Below are positions 28,587 to 39,600 of a stretch of 64,000 nucleotides of DNA, one piece after another. How positions within the stretch are numbered: position 1 is the stretch's first letter; each line of letters opens with the position of its first letter. The notes below the pieces were generated by a model that had not been told where the DNA came from, ran no database searches, and saw only the letters and a list, made by a program, of their open reading frames with translations. The DNA comes from an uncultured Chloroflexia bacterium (GTDB lineage: Bacteria; Chloroflexota; Chloroflexia; Thermomicrobiales; Thermomicrobiaceae). The position numbers and the translations under genes were made by a program. Location of the stretch: NCBI GenBank assembly GCA_963822235.1, contig CAWGGU010000008.1, positions 411,364 through 475,363 of the forward strand, read 5' to 3'.

Positions 28587-29738
28587 TCATTGCGACGGCG
28601 GCATCACGTCGCATGCCAGCCGCAGCACGATGCGCGCGGTGGTCGCGATCGACGGGATATCGACCCACTCGTTCGCCTGATGGAACTGCGCGCCGTGCGG
28701 CCCAAAGTGAACCGTCGGGATGCCCAGATCAGCCGCGAAGTAGTTGGCGTCGGCCACTCCGAGCGAGTAGCCGTAATCGGGCGCTGTGCCGGTCTCGGTC
28801 TCGTACGCACTGGCGAACTGCCGCACAAATGGATGATCCGGGGAGATCTCCCACGGTGGATAATAGGGCGGATCGATGGCGAAGTCGAACCGCGCGGGCG
28901 AGTGGAGGGCCTCTGCCAGCGATCGCATTTCGCCCAGTACCGTGTCACCCGTCTCACCCGGAACGATGTGGCGGTTGATGGTGAAGCGCGCCTTTTCCGG
29001 TACCGTGATGACGTATTGGTCGCTGCCGGAGTTGAACGCCAGGACGCATTGAGTGGCCGTGATCCGGGGGTGACTCCCGAGTGGCAGATCGTCGAGCCGG
29101 GCCACGAGCTTGGCGCCTTCGGTGGCGGCATTGATGCCATCCTGCGGAAAGGAACCGTGGGCGGCTTTACCCGTGATGTCCGCGCGCACCAGCACTTTGC
29201 CGGCCGCGCCGAGCACCGGGTGCTCGAACGCTGACTCGAGACAGACGCAGGCATCAGCGTTGATCCCTGATTTCACCAGCGCGAGCGCACCGATCGAATA
29301 GGCTTCTTCGTCGACCACAGAGGTGAAAATCAGCGTGCCGCTCCACTTGTCGCGGTTGCGGTCCAGCGTGCGTGTGACCAGCATTCCTGCGGCCACGCCT
29401 GACTTCATGTCGCAGGCGCCGAGACCATAGAAGCGGTCGCCGTCGCGGCGTCCCTGCCATGGGTCGCAGCTCCAGCCCTGCGCCGCCAGCACGGTGTCGA
29501 CGTGACCGTTGAGCAGGAGCGTCGGGCCTTCTCCGTTGTGGATGGTGGCGACGACGTTGGGCCGGTCATCCTCGGTTGCCTGAAGTTCTGCATCGATCCC
29601 ATTTTCTTGCAGCCACGCGGCGACGGCGCGTTGCACGTCGCCCTCCTGCCCGGGATAGCTGCGAAACGAAACCAGATGCGCCGTCAACTGCGCGGCCTCT
29701 TCCTGGTCGATGGCCTCTGCGATCCACTCCTCGATCAA
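28587..29738 (-). CDS. M20-family metallopeptidase/deacylase (ArgE/DapE-like)
   Basis: Has LLLNGHVDTV, GLGACDMKSG and EEAYS motifs. Confidence 0.8.
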   Translation of the reverse strand: MIEEWIAEAIDQEEAAQLTAHLVSFRSYPGQEGDVQRAVAAWLQENGIDAELQATEDDRPNVVATIHNGEGPTLLLNGHVDTVLAAQGWSCDPWQGRRDGDRFYGLGACDMKSGVAAGMLVTRTLDRNRDKWSGTLIFTSVVDEEAYSIGALALVKSGINADACVCLESAFEHPVLGAAGKVLVRADITGKAAHGSFPQDGINAATEGAKLVARLDDLPLGSHPRITATQCVLAFNSGSDQYVITVPEKARFTINRHIVPGETGDTVLGEMRSLAEALHSPARFDFAIDPPYYPPWEISPDHPFVRQFASAYETETGTAPDYGYSLGVADANYFAADLGIPTVHFGPHGAQFHQANEWVDIPSIATTARIVLRLACDVMPPSQ

Positions 29739-29959
29739 TCAGTCCTCCTCATCCTGTTGAGCCGGGTTCCGCGCCGACGATGCAGTATCTCACGGCAGCC
29801 TGAGAAGCCGCGTCGAGACAGTGACACAGTTGCGCTACCGTATCATCAATGACGCGCGGGCATTCGCCATGCGGCCTCCGGAATGACTCCCATAGCGCGC
29901 GTTGTGGGCGGATGGGAAGTCCCGACTGTGTACCGAAGTGACGTGGGAAGAGGGAATAC

Positions 29960-31162
29960 ATGGGGAGCAACAGTCCATCGAGCGGAATCGCACTGGCTGA
30001 ACGCATGAGCCGATTGGGAACGGAGAGCGCATTCGACGTCCTCGTACGCGCCAAAGCGCTTGAAGCGCAAGGACGCAGCGTCGTGCACCTCGAGCTGGGC
30101 GAGCCGGACTTTGACACACCAACCCATATCGTCGAGGCGGGCGTGGAAGCGATGCGCTCCGGCCAAACGCACTACACCCCGGCGGCCGGGATTCCCGAGC
30201 TTCGACAGGCGATTGCCGATTACATCAGTGGCACGCGCGGCGTCGAGGTCGGACCCGAGCGGGTCGTGGTCACTCCTGGCGGCAAGCCGATCATGTTCTT
30301 CGTCATCCTGGCCCTGGTTGGACCCGGCGACGAGGTCATCTACCCGGATCCCGGATTCCCCATCTACGAATCGGTGATCAATTTCACCGGTGCCACGCCG
30401 GTTCCGCTCCGTCTGCGTGAGGAGAAGGATTTCGGGTTCGACCCGTCCGACCTCGAGGAGCTTGTGACCGATCGCACCAAGCTGGTCATCGTCAACTCGC
30501 CCCACAATCCGACCGGCGGCATCGTCAGCGACGAGGCGCTCAAGACGCTCGCCCGTCTCGCGACCGAGCGCGGCTTCATGGTCCTGTCGGACGAGATCTA
30601 CACACGCATCGTCTACGATGGCGCCCCAAAGAGTGTGGTCAGCCTGCCGGGTATGCTCGATCGCACCATCATCCTCGATGGGTTCTCGAAGACCTACGCC
30701 ATGACCGGCTGGCGATTGGGCTACGGTGTGATGCCCGCCGAGCTTGCCGAGCACGTGACCCGGTTAGTGATCAACTGCAACTCCTGCACGCCAGGCTTTT
30801 CCCAGCATGCGGCAGTCGCCGCGCTGACCGGGCCGCAGGATGGAGTCGACGAGATGGTGGTCGAGTTCCGACGTCGGCGCGACGCGATCGTGAACGGCTT
30901 GAACGAGATACCGGGTATCAGCTGCCGCCAACCGGCCGGAGCCTTCTACGTCTTCCCGAACATCACCGGATTGGGACGTTCCTCAAACGAGGTGGCCGAT
31001 CTGTTGCTCAACGACGGTGGCGTCGCGCTGCTGTCGGGCACGGCGTTCGGCAAAGCAGGCGAGGGCTATTTGCGGCTTTCGTACGCAAACTCGCTCCCCA
31101 ATATCGAGGAAGCCCTCGACCGCATCGCGCGGACGGTGGAGGGGATGCGCGTGGGCCAGTAG
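29960..31162 (+). CDS. class I/II pyridoxal-phosphate aminotransferase (aspartate aminotransferase-like)
   Basis: Has NSPHNPTG and the SKTYAMTGWRLGY PLP-Lys motif. Confidence 0.85.
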   Translation: MGSNSPSSGIALAERMSRLGTESAFDVLVRAKALEAQGRSVVHLELGEPDFDTPTHIVEAGVEAMRSGQTHYTPAAGIPELRQAIADYISGTRGVEVGPERVVVTPGGKPIMFFVILALVGPGDEVIYPDPGFPIYESVINFTGATPVPLRLREEKDFGFDPSDLEELVTDRTKLVIVNSPHNPTGGIVSDEALKTLARLATERGFMVLSDEIYTRIVYDGAPKSVVSLPGMLDRTIILDGFSKTYAMTGWRLGYGVMPAELAEHVTRLVINCNSCTPGFSQHAAVAALTGPQDGVDEMVVEFRRRRDAIVNGLNEIPGISCRQPAGAFYVFPNITGLGRSSNEVADLLLNDGGVALLSGTAFGKAGEGYLRLSYANSLPNIEEALDRIARTVEGMRVGQ

Positions 31163-31209
31163 CGCCCTCACCCCCATTCCGGATCAACTCGCAAGAGACG
31201 TTTCGTGGC

Positions 31210-31242
31210 ACGGTGCCTGCTCCTAGGGGTAGCAGGCACCGT
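31210..31242 (+). terminator. 12-bp hairpin after the aminotransferase gene
   Basis: ACGGTGCCTGCT-CCTAGGGGT-AGCAGGCACCGT followed by TGGTG. The U-tract is weak. Confidence 0.4.
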
Positions 31243-31277
31243 TGGTGCTGTCCGTCACTTCGTGAAGGAGACTGCCA

Positions 31278-32747
31278 ATTCTATCCCTGCCACAGACACT
31301 TGCTGGCCGCTACGTTCTTGATCGTCGCCTCGGCCTCGGCACCTTTGCCGAGACCTTTCGAGCGACCGACCTCGCGACCGATCGCGTTGTGGCAGTCAAG
31401 CTGCTGCGCGAGCATCTGACGGCGGATTCCGTGGTGGCTGCCCGCTTCCAGAATGAGGCACAGACGGCGGCCACGTTTCAACATCCCTCTATCGTGGCGG
31501 TGCTGGATCACGGACAAGACGGCGATGCTCTCTATACCGTAATGGAATTGGTGGACGACGGCAGTCTTGGAGAGTTGATTCGCGCACGTGCTCCCCTGAG
31601 CGTTCCCGAGGCGTTGTCGCTCATGCAAGGGATCCTTGAGGCGTTGGAGGTGATCCATCGTAAACACGTCGTGCATCGCGATGTCAAGCCGGCCAACATC
31701 CTGCTGACCAGTGAGGGAACGCCAAAGCTCGGTGACTTCGGGATTGCCCGCGCCGCCTACGCAGGTCACTTGACAAGAACGGGACTGACGCTTGGCACCG
31801 CGGCATACATGGCTCCTGAACAAGCGCTCGGTGATACGCTCGGCCCCGCCACGGATCTGTATGCCGCCGGGGTGATTCTCTTCGAGCTGCTGACCGGAGA
31901 ACTCCCTTTCCAGGGGGACGACCCGCTGCAGGTGATGTACCGTCAGGTGCACGAGCGACCGCCCGTTCCCCACACGCTCAACCCGGCCATACCGGCAGCG
32001 CTGAGCGCCGCGTTGCTGCGCGCGCTCGACAAAGACCCGAGTCGTCGCTACGCCGACGCCCGGGAAATGTGGAACGCGCTCAATCACGCCAAGGACGTGG
32101 CGTCACCAGAGGTACGTACAACCGAAATCCGCCACCTCCGCTCGTTTGCCGGGTTCGCGCCGAACCTCATGCGCCTTCGACCGATGGCAACGAGTTTGTT
32201 AGCGGCAGGCGTCATGTTGATGGCGGGCGTACTCGGTCTGAGTGCATTCTCGCGGGGAGCGTCGATATCTGCCACCGTGACTCCGGCGGCTACCACTCTG
32301 ACGTCACCGTGGGTCGGAGCCGCGCATCGACGAACGGCGACAGCAGCCGCGACGATGCCACCCATGATTGTCGGAGCGGACGTTAGCTCGGCGGGGACTG
32401 GCGTTCCGACGCCCACACCTGAGACCGCTGAAGCTCCAACCTCAACACCGGTGCCAACTTCAGCGGCTCCGACGCCAACACCGCAGAGCGGCATCGTATC
32501 TGGCCCGATCGTTCGGAACGACGCGCCGGAGCAACCGACCCCACAACCAACCGCTGACGCTTCCGCGGCCCCGACCGCGACGACGGATCAGCCTTCATCG
32601 CCGCCGTCCAAAGAGCCAAAGGAGCCCAAGGATCCTAAGGATCAGAAAAGCTCAAAGGATTCAAAGGGGCCACCATCCAAGGATCAGAAGGGCTCCAAGG
32701 ATTCAAAGCCAGCCCAAGCCGCCAAAGGACCCACCATCGTCGCATAA
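31278..32747 (+). CDS. Hanks-type Ser/Thr protein kinase with one TM helix and Pro/Thr/Lys-rich extracytoplasmic tail
   Basis: Has VAVK, HRDVKPANILL, DFGIA and APE motifs. The Gly-loop (LGLGTFAETF) lies upstream of the track start 31389. The frame is open back to TGA 31263 with no ATG/GTG/TTG, so I place the start at ATT 31278, 7 nt after GAAGGAGA. This start is uncertain. Confidence 0.75.
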   Translation: MLSLPQTLAGRYVLDRRLGLGTFAETFRATDLATDRVVAVKLLREHLTADSVVAARFQNEAQTAATFQHPSIVAVLDHGQDGDALYTVMELVDDGSLGELIRARAPLSVPEALSLMQGILEALEVIHRKHVVHRDVKPANILLTSEGTPKLGDFGIARAAYAGHLTRTGLTLGTAAYMAPEQALGDTLGPATDLYAAGVILFELLTGELPFQGDDPLQVMYRQVHERPPVPHTLNPAIPAALSAALLRALDKDPSRRYADAREMWNALNHAKDVASPEVRTTEIRHLRSFAGFAPNLMRLRPMATSLLAAGVMLMAGVLGLSAFSRGASISATVTPAATTLTSPWVGAAHRRTATAAATMPPMIVGADVSSAGTGVPTPTPETAEAPTSTPVPTSAAPTPTPQSGIVSGPIVRNDAPEQPTPQPTADASAAPTATTDQPSSPPSKEPKEPKDPKDQKSSKDSKGPPSKDQKGSKDSKPAQAAKGPTIVA

Positions 32748-33117
32748 GCCCCCGAAGGGGCACTGAGTCTGCCCCGTCACGGTGAGTAGTCGACCACAGA
32801 GGATTCGCCGGCCGAAGGAGGACCAACGCCACCCGTGTCATCCTGAGCGATGGTTCTCGCTCCCGCACCCAGAGGGTACCCGGAGAGAGTCAGTGAGCGG
32901 AGCGCAGCGGAGTCGAAGTATGACAAGAATGCGACCAATGCCCTTTCGGCGGTATATTCTCTATGGTCACCTACTCACAATCACAAGATGAAATGGACTG
33001 CCTATTCAGAGGTGGGTCCTCTGTGAACGCCTACTCGAGGTTGCGGCGACGGCCATACGTGCATCGCCATCGCCGCCGATCTCTCACGGTCAAACCGAAG
33101 CGAGCTTTGAGAATCCC

Positions 33118-33681
33118 TTAAGACTCCACGACGGTGGGTTGGCACGTCAGGTACATGGTGAGCTGGATTTCGTCGAGAACGGACGGGACGCCAGCCGGAA
33201 TGATGTTCCCCAGTGGTAACCCGAACTCGGTTCGCTTCATCCAGCCACGACCGATGAACGCCGAGCGAGCGATGCCGTTCGACTGCTCGGCTGAGCCTTC
33301 GAATGTGGTGTCGAACGTCACCTCGTTGGTGACGCCGCGAAACGTCAGGTCGCCGACGACCAGGAAGCGATTGACGCCCATCGGTTCGACCCGCTTGCTG
33401 ACGAAGGTCGACGTCGGGAACTCCTCGACGTTGAACTGACCGGCACCGCGCAGCATGTCGTCCCGGCCCGGGTTGTGCGTATCGACGCTCGACATATCGA
33501 CTTCGGCTCGTATCCAGGAAGTCGCCACGTTCTCCGGAGCGAAGTGGATCTGCCCGCTCACCTTGAGAAAGGCGCCCTTGATAGTCGAGACCAGAATGTG
33601 ACGTACCGTGAACTCGAATGTCGAGTGCGATGAGTCAATCGTCCACTCGGTAACACCCACTGCCTTATCTGCAATCGTCAT
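33118..33681 (-). CDS. YceI-like (polyisoprenoid-binding) family protein
   Basis: Has W.IDSSHSTFEFTVRH...VSGQI... and GDLTFRGVTNEV, the YceI pattern. Confidence 0.8.
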   Translation of the reverse strand: MTIADKAVGVTEWTIDSSHSTFEFTVRHILVSTIKGAFLKVSGQIHFAPENVATSWIRAEVDMSSVDTHNPGRDDMLRGAGQFNVEEFPTSTFVSKRVEPMGVNRFLVVGDLTFRGVTNEVTFDTTFEGSAEQSNGIARSAFIGRGWMKRTEFGLPLGNIIPAGVPSVLDEIQLTMYLTCQPTVVES

Positions 33682-33718
33682 CGTTCTCTGCGTTCCTTTT
33701 CCTAGCCGGTTGCCCGGT

Positions 33719-34999
33719 CTAATCCGCGACGCCGCACCAGTCCATCAACAGGCAGGCGATCGTCTTGGTCGCCGTGATCAACTCGTCGATGCTGATGTGC
33801 TCGTCGACCTGATGGGCCACGGCGACATCACCCGCACCGTACATGACGCACGGCATCCCACCAAACATGATGAAGAGGCGCATGTCGGCGCCATACGGTA
33901 CTCCTTCGATACACGGCTCCTCACCCATGACGCGCGTATGTGCCCGCAGCAGCGCTTGCGAAATCGCTGCGTCGATGGGCGTCTCGGCCGGCGCGAACTG
34001 GCCGCTGAACCATTCCAATACCGGCGGATGCTCCCGCAGCCATGGATCTCGATTGGCAGCTGCGGCCACGCGCTCGGCCATCTCGCGCTTGAACGCGTCG
34101 ATCTCCTCGCCCGGCAACAGGCCCGCGCGCCCCTCGGCGACCAGCGACTCCGGTACGGTCGACGGCCATACTCCTGCCCGGACAATGCCGACACTGATCG
34201 GGATCTTGTTCGCGATCCCGCTATACAGCGGATGACTCAGCGTTTGATTGCGCTCTCCCTCGAATGCCAGTAGGTCCTGAAAGAGCGGAATGAATTTCTC
34301 GACCGCGGACACGCCCTCGTCTCGCATGGCGCCATGCGCCGCCAGGCCCGGCACCGTCAGGCGGAAGACGAGCGAGCCGCCCTGAGCCGGAACGAGCGCC
34401 AGACGGGTTGGCTCGGTGATCAGCACCGCGTCGGCGCGATGTCCGCGTAATACGGTCGCGAGCGCGCCGAGACCGCCATCCTCCTCGCCCACCGTCGTGT
34501 TGATTTTGACGTCACCACGGAGATGAACTCCCGCCGCTTCAAGCGCGTCGATGGCGCCGAGAAAGCTGACCAAGCCGCCCTTCATGTCGCACGAGCCACG
34601 TCCGTAGAGGAGATCGCCGACGACTTCACCGGCCAACGGATCATGCGTCCAGAGTGCGGGGTCGCCGTTTTCCACCGTGTCGACGTGTGAATTTAGCAGG
34701 ATTGAACGCCCACCGCCGCTGCCGGAGCGAACGCCGACCAGATTCGGCCGCCCTTTGTAGCGTGCTTGCTCTCCGACGTGCTCGAAGTAGGGTGTGATCT
34801 CCTCTTCAGTTGCTTCCCAACGATCGACGCTGAGATTGCGCTTGAGAAATTCCTGCTCAATTTGGTTCTGGACCGCCTCTTCGTCACCTGTGACCGACGG
34901 AATGCCGACGACTGATCGGAGCAGCGCGATGATTCCATCGCGGTTGCGATCGACCGCCGCGAGTACGTCATCTACGTGAACAGAATCACCTGAACTCAT
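33719..34999 (-). CDS. M20-family metallopeptidase/deacylase (ArgE/DapE-like)
   Basis: Has LLNSHVDTV, GRGSCDMKGG and GEEDGG motifs. Its start forms an ATGA overlap with the upstream gene's stop. Confidence 0.8.
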   Translation of the reverse strand: MSSGDSVHVDDVLAAVDRNRDGIIALLRSVVGIPSVTGDEEAVQNQIEQEFLKRNLSVDRWEATEEEITPYFEHVGEQARYKGRPNLVGVRSGSGGGRSILLNSHVDTVENGDPALWTHDPLAGEVVGDLLYGRGSCDMKGGLVSFLGAIDALEAAGVHLRGDVKINTTVGEEDGGLGALATVLRGHRADAVLITEPTRLALVPAQGGSLVFRLTVPGLAAHGAMRDEGVSAVEKFIPLFQDLLAFEGERNQTLSHPLYSGIANKIPISVGIVRAGVWPSTVPESLVAEGRAGLLPGEEIDAFKREMAERVAAAANRDPWLREHPPVLEWFSGQFAPAETPIDAAISQALLRAHTRVMGEEPCIEGVPYGADMRLFIMFGGMPCVMYGAGDVAVAHQVDEHISIDELITATKTIACLLMDWCGVAD

Positions 35000-35886
35000 G
35001 ATCGAGAGATTCCATTTCCACGCAGTAGCGGTCGGGTGAGGCAGGTAGGTCCTCCGGAACGGTTGTGCGAGATCTCCGTACCCTGATAGGTGAGGACTTC
35101 ACAGCCGGCCGCGCGCATGCCGGCAATCGATTCGACGTTCTCTTCAAGAACCAGGCAGCGGCGTGGTTCGAGCGCCAACACGTTGCAGCCCTGCGTCGGG
35201 AATTCGTGGTCCGGAATCTCGACGAGTTGAATGCCGCGACTTTTCAGCTCCTTGACGAACTCGACTGTGAGGAGCGGGAGGTAGACCACGGCCAGGTCTC
35301 GATCGAGCAGACTGATGAGCGAAAGAAGGTGCAGGCATTCGTCGGGACCATGCCAATGGGGCAAGTCGACGGTGATCACCTGAACACCCATGGGGCCAAG
35401 GATCGCACGCATCTGCTCGATGCCCTCGGAGTTGGTGCGGTAGCCCCGACCAATGGCCAATGTGCGCTCGTCGAGCCAGAAGGAGTCGCCCCCTTCGAAC
35501 GTACCGGGGGCGCTGATCTCGCCGACAATCGGGACACCCATGTCGGTGAGGGTCTCGCGCATCAGATCGACCTCTCGGCGTCGCAGTTCTTTGCCCATGC
35601 GACCCAATATCGCGCCCTGATCCGTGATGATGACCGGGTCAAATGGGAAGATGGCGTCTTGCAGTCGTGAGTCGCCGATCTGGGCGGTGACGACGTCGGC
35701 TCCGAAGTCGGTCAGAATCTGACGGAACGTTGCATGTTCCGTCGTGGCTCGCTGGTGATCGATGGGTCGGAAGTAGCCGAACTCCTCCCAGGAGACCTGC
35801 TCATCCGGGGCGATCGGCTCATAGACGAGCACGCGACTCAGACGGTCAATGACGCTCTGGCCTCCCCATCCACTCCCGTTGGTCAT
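34996..35886 (-). CDS. amidinotransferase / dimethylarginine dimethylaminohydrolase (guanidino-group modifying enzyme fold)
   Basis: The pentein-fold pattern ends in the GGPTCLTRPL catalytic Cys region. GGGGAGGGTGAG Shine-Dalgarno before the ATG at 35886. Confidence 0.7.
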   Translation of the reverse strand: MTNGSGWGGQSVIDRLSRVLVYEPIAPDEQVSWEEFGYFRPIDHQRATTEHATFRQILTDFGADVVTAQIGDSRLQDAIFPFDPVIITDQGAILGRMGKELRRREVDLMRETLTDMGVPIVGEISAPGTFEGGDSFWLDERTLAIGRGYRTNSEGIEQMRAILGPMGVQVITVDLPHWHGPDECLHLLSLISLLDRDLAVVYLPLLTVEFVKELKSRGIQLVEIPDHEFPTQGCNVLALEPRRCLVLEENVESIAGMRAAGCEVLTYQGTEISHNRSGGPTCLTRPLLRGNGISRS

Positions 35887-36035
35887 GACTATTCTCACCC
35901 TCCCCAATATGCGGTGATTCATGGTTACTCGATTCGGCTCGATAGTACCAGCGTCGTTGCCGGTGGGAAAGCGGCCGGACGTCGCGCCCCGCCATATTGA
36001 CCATTGGTCCTGTTAATAGTCTTATTCGGCGAAAT

Positions 36036-36563
36036 ATGTCGATGCCTTCGAAGCAACGTGATAGAGTTCGCCGCATGAATGACGTGAACGCCAGGCCCAA
36101 TTCTCCACCGCTGATCGATGACGTCTTCGAGCTTCAGCGTCGCATTATCCTGGCTTTGCGTGGGCATCTGAGTGGCTGGACAGATGTCGATCTGACCATG
36201 GCTCAGCTGAAAACGCTGGTCGTGCTCGTCGATGAAGGACCATGTTCCATCGGTCACATCGCACGTGCGCTCAACGTCAGCCTGCCGAACGCCAGCCATC
36301 TCGTCGATCGGCTGGTCCGCCTTGATCTGGCCAAACGTGCCGAAGATGCGACCGACCGGCGACGGATTCTGGCCAGCGCCTCTGCCAAGGGGGTGGACGT
36401 GCTGCAAAGTATGCGCAATGGGGGACGCGAACAGATCCGCGAGGCGCTTTCGCGCGTCGACGCGGCGGATCTGCGCGCACTGGTGCGTGGCCTCGGCGCG
36501 CTGGCCGGGTCACTTGAGCAGTCTCCCGTGGAAGCAGGTGACACTGAGTCCTCGGGTTGCTGA
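36036..36563 (+). CDS. MarR-family transcriptional regulator
   Basis: The winged-HTH reads LTMAQLKTLVVLVDEGPCSIGHIARALNVSLPNASHLVDRLVRLDLAKRAEDATDRR. The start is ambiguous: 35997 TTG, 36036 ATG or 36075 ATG. Confidence 0.75.
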   Translation: MSMPSKQRDRVRRMNDVNARPNSPPLIDDVFELQRRIILALRGHLSGWTDVDLTMAQLKTLVVLVDEGPCSIGHIARALNVSLPNASHLVDRLVRLDLAKRAEDATDRRRILASASAKGVDVLQSMRNGGREQIREALSRVDAADLRALVRGLGALAGSLEQSPVEAGDTESSGC

Positions 36564-36651
36564 ATTTGGCCGGTCTGGTCGATTCCGACGAGGCGCGACC
36601 TATGCCTCATCGACTATCGCACGTGTTGACTGAGTGGATTGGATGAACTAG

Positions 36652-39600
36652 GTGTATCGACTTGCCGCGCTCTCCCTCGGAAAGCGTTCCGTCGTTCTGC
36701 TGGCGACCGTACTGATCGCCGTGATGGGGGCATTCGGGGTCACGCAGCTCAAGACCGAGCTGCTTCCGAGTATCGACTTTCCCGTCTTGACTGTCATCAC
36801 GAGCTACTCCGGCGCCTCTCCAGACGTCGTCGACTCCGAGGTAACGCAGCCGATCGTGTCATCCGTGCGCTCGATACCTGGAGTGACGACCACGCAATCA
36901 ACGTCGTCGGAGGGACTCTCGGTCGTCATCGCGCAGTTCAAGTACGGTGCCAACACCAAGGACGCGGCGCAGACGTTGTCGACGCAGCTCGGCCAGGTCG
37001 CGTTGCCACAGGGAGCGGCCCAGCCGAACATCCAGCGCATCAACTTCAACCAGTTTCCCATCGTGCAGCTCAGCCTGACCGGCGCCAACAACGATCTGTC
37101 GACATTACGGCAAATCGCCAAGCAACAGTATCAGCCCGCACTTTCGGGCGTTGACGGCGTCGGGACGAATCGAGATCAATGGCGGCGCGGACGACGTCGT
37201 CTCGATCACACTGCATCCCGCCAAACTGGCCTCGACCGGCGTCTCTCCGCAGCAGGTATCCAACGTGATTCAGTCGAGCAATGTCAGCTCGGCCAGCGGG
37301 CTCGTGCAGTCCGGCTCAACACACTCCCAGTTCGCGTACTGAGCCAGGTCACCTCGCTCGATCAGCTTCGTGGTTTGGTGGTTGGCACGTCGAGCCAGGG
37401 GACCGGTGGACAGGGCCAACCGGTGACGCTGGGAGACGTGGCCGACGTTCAAGTCGCGTCGGGCGCCGCGCCGGGAATCACGCGCACCAACGGTCAGCCC
37501 AGCGTGGCGATCGACGTGTACATGAGCCAGGGTGCCAACACCGTCGACACCGCCAACGGTGTCAGCGCGAAGATGAACGACATCACCGACAAGCTGCGAG
37601 CCTCCGGCGTCGACGTGACTCCGGTCGTGATCCAGGATCAGTCCGACTACATCCAGCACTCGATCAACGATTTGGTGCGCGAGGCGCTGCTCGGCGCCGC
37701 TTTCGCCGTCATCGTGATCTTCGGCTTCCTGCTGAGCGTGCGCTCGACCTTGGTGACCGCTGTTTCGATCCCGATGTCGATGCTGGTTGCCTTCATCCTG
37801 TTGTGGACTCAGGGAATCACGCTCAACATCATGACCTTGGGCGGTCTTGCCGTGGCCGTCGGGCGTGTGGTGGACGATGCGATCGTCGTCTTAGAGAGTA
37901 TCTTCCGCCATGTTCAGCGGGGCGAGGACAAGCGCTCGGCCACGCTGGAGGGGGTCAAGGAGGTGGCGCTGGCGATCACCGCCTCGACCGTGACGACCAT
38001 TGCCGTCTTCCTGCCGTTGGGTTTCGTCGGCGGGATCATCGGCGCCATCTTCCGCCCGTTCGCGCTTGACCGTCACATTCGCGCTGCTGGCCTCGCTGGT
38101 CGTTGCGCTGACGGTCGTGCCGGTCCTGGCTTCCTATCTGATTCGCAAGGACAAGCTGCGTCCCGCGCCGGAGCGTACGCCGTTCCTGCAGCGCGCTATG
38201 TCCCGACGCTCAAACTGGCCCTGCGCCGGCCCGAAGACGACACTCGCGATCGCCGCCGTCCTCTTCGTTGCTTCTTTCGGCGCTGGTACCGTTGATCGGC
38301 ACCTCGTTCTTGCCTTCCGGCAACCAGAAGATCGCCAGTATTCAGGTCTCGATGCCAGCCGGAACGTCGATCGATGCCACCGAAGCTGAGGCCGCCAAAT
38401 TGGAGACGGTCGTCAAGCAGACCGCTCCGGTGACCCTGCTCCAGACGCAGATCGGCGGCAGCGGGCTGGAGGCGGCCTTCAACGGCAGCAATTCCAGTAC
38501 TGCGACCATGACCGTGACGTTCGACAACAGCGTCGATATGAACAAGACCCTGGCTGATCTGCGCACGAAGCTGAAAGACGCGGCGGGTGATGCCGACGTC
38601 TCGGTCGCCAACGAGTCGTCCGGATTCGGCGGGAATACGAATAATGTGCAAGTAACGGTGCAAGGGAACAACTACGACACGGTCAGCAAGGTAGCCGAGG
38701 ATCTCACCAAACAGATCGCGGGTGTGCAGAACCTGGTCAACGTCAAGAATGACGTGGTCAACGCCAAGCCCGAGGTCGTGGTCAACGTGGATGCCGATAA
38801 GGCAATCAGTGCCGGGACGACGCCGGCGCAGATCGCGGGTCAAGTGCGTCAGATTCTCAGCACGATGCAGATGGGCACGATCGTCATCGATGGCAAGCCC
38901 TATCAGTTGACGGCGAGCGTGGCCGGTGTCTCGACGAGCGTTGACGCGCTTGGGCTGATACCGGTGGGCACGTCCAACACTCCGCTGGGGCAGATCGCCT
39001 CGATCGATCAAGGAACCGGACCCGTGCAAATCGTGCGGGTTGACGATGACCGCGCCGCGACGATCAGCGGCACCATTACGACTGACAACACCGGTTCGGT
39101 CACGTCGAAGGTGTCGAAGATCGTGAGCGCCTACAATGCCCCCGACGGAATCACCATCAATTCAGGCGGCGTCGGTCAGCAGCAAGGCGACGCGTTCAAG
39201 AGCATGGGCATCGCGCTTGTCGCGGCGGTGCTGCTGGTCTACATCGCCATGGTAGCCAGCTTCGGCTCGCTCTCGACACCGTTCGTGATCCTCTTTAGCC
39301 TGCCGCTTGCCATCGTCGGCGTGTTGGCAGCGCTGGCGCTCACCGGCAAGACGCTTGGGTTGCCCGCGCTCATCGGTCTGCTGATGCTGATCGGCATCGT
39401 GGTGACGAATGCGATCGTGCTGCTCGAACTGGTTCTTGATCTGCTTCGACACGGCACGCCGCTCGACGAGGCGCTCATCACCGGCGGACGCACGCGGCTG
39501 CGCCCGATTCTGATGACGGCCATCGCGACCATTCTCGCGCTCGTCCCGCTGGCGTTCAGCGGCGGCGGCGGAGCGATCATCGCGTCCGATCTCGCCGTGG

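Noticed and set aside
31281-32087. 268-aa minus-strand ORF
   Set aside because: It lies entirely antisense to the Ser/Thr kinase catalytic domain, whose Hanks motifs are unambiguous. It is a typical GC-rich shadow ORF.
32820-32905. GTCATCCTGAGCG... segment resembling a short interspersed repeat I recall from other GC-rich genomes
   Set aside because: There is only one copy in this window and the match is partial and from memory. It cannot be supported without a genome-wide repeat search.
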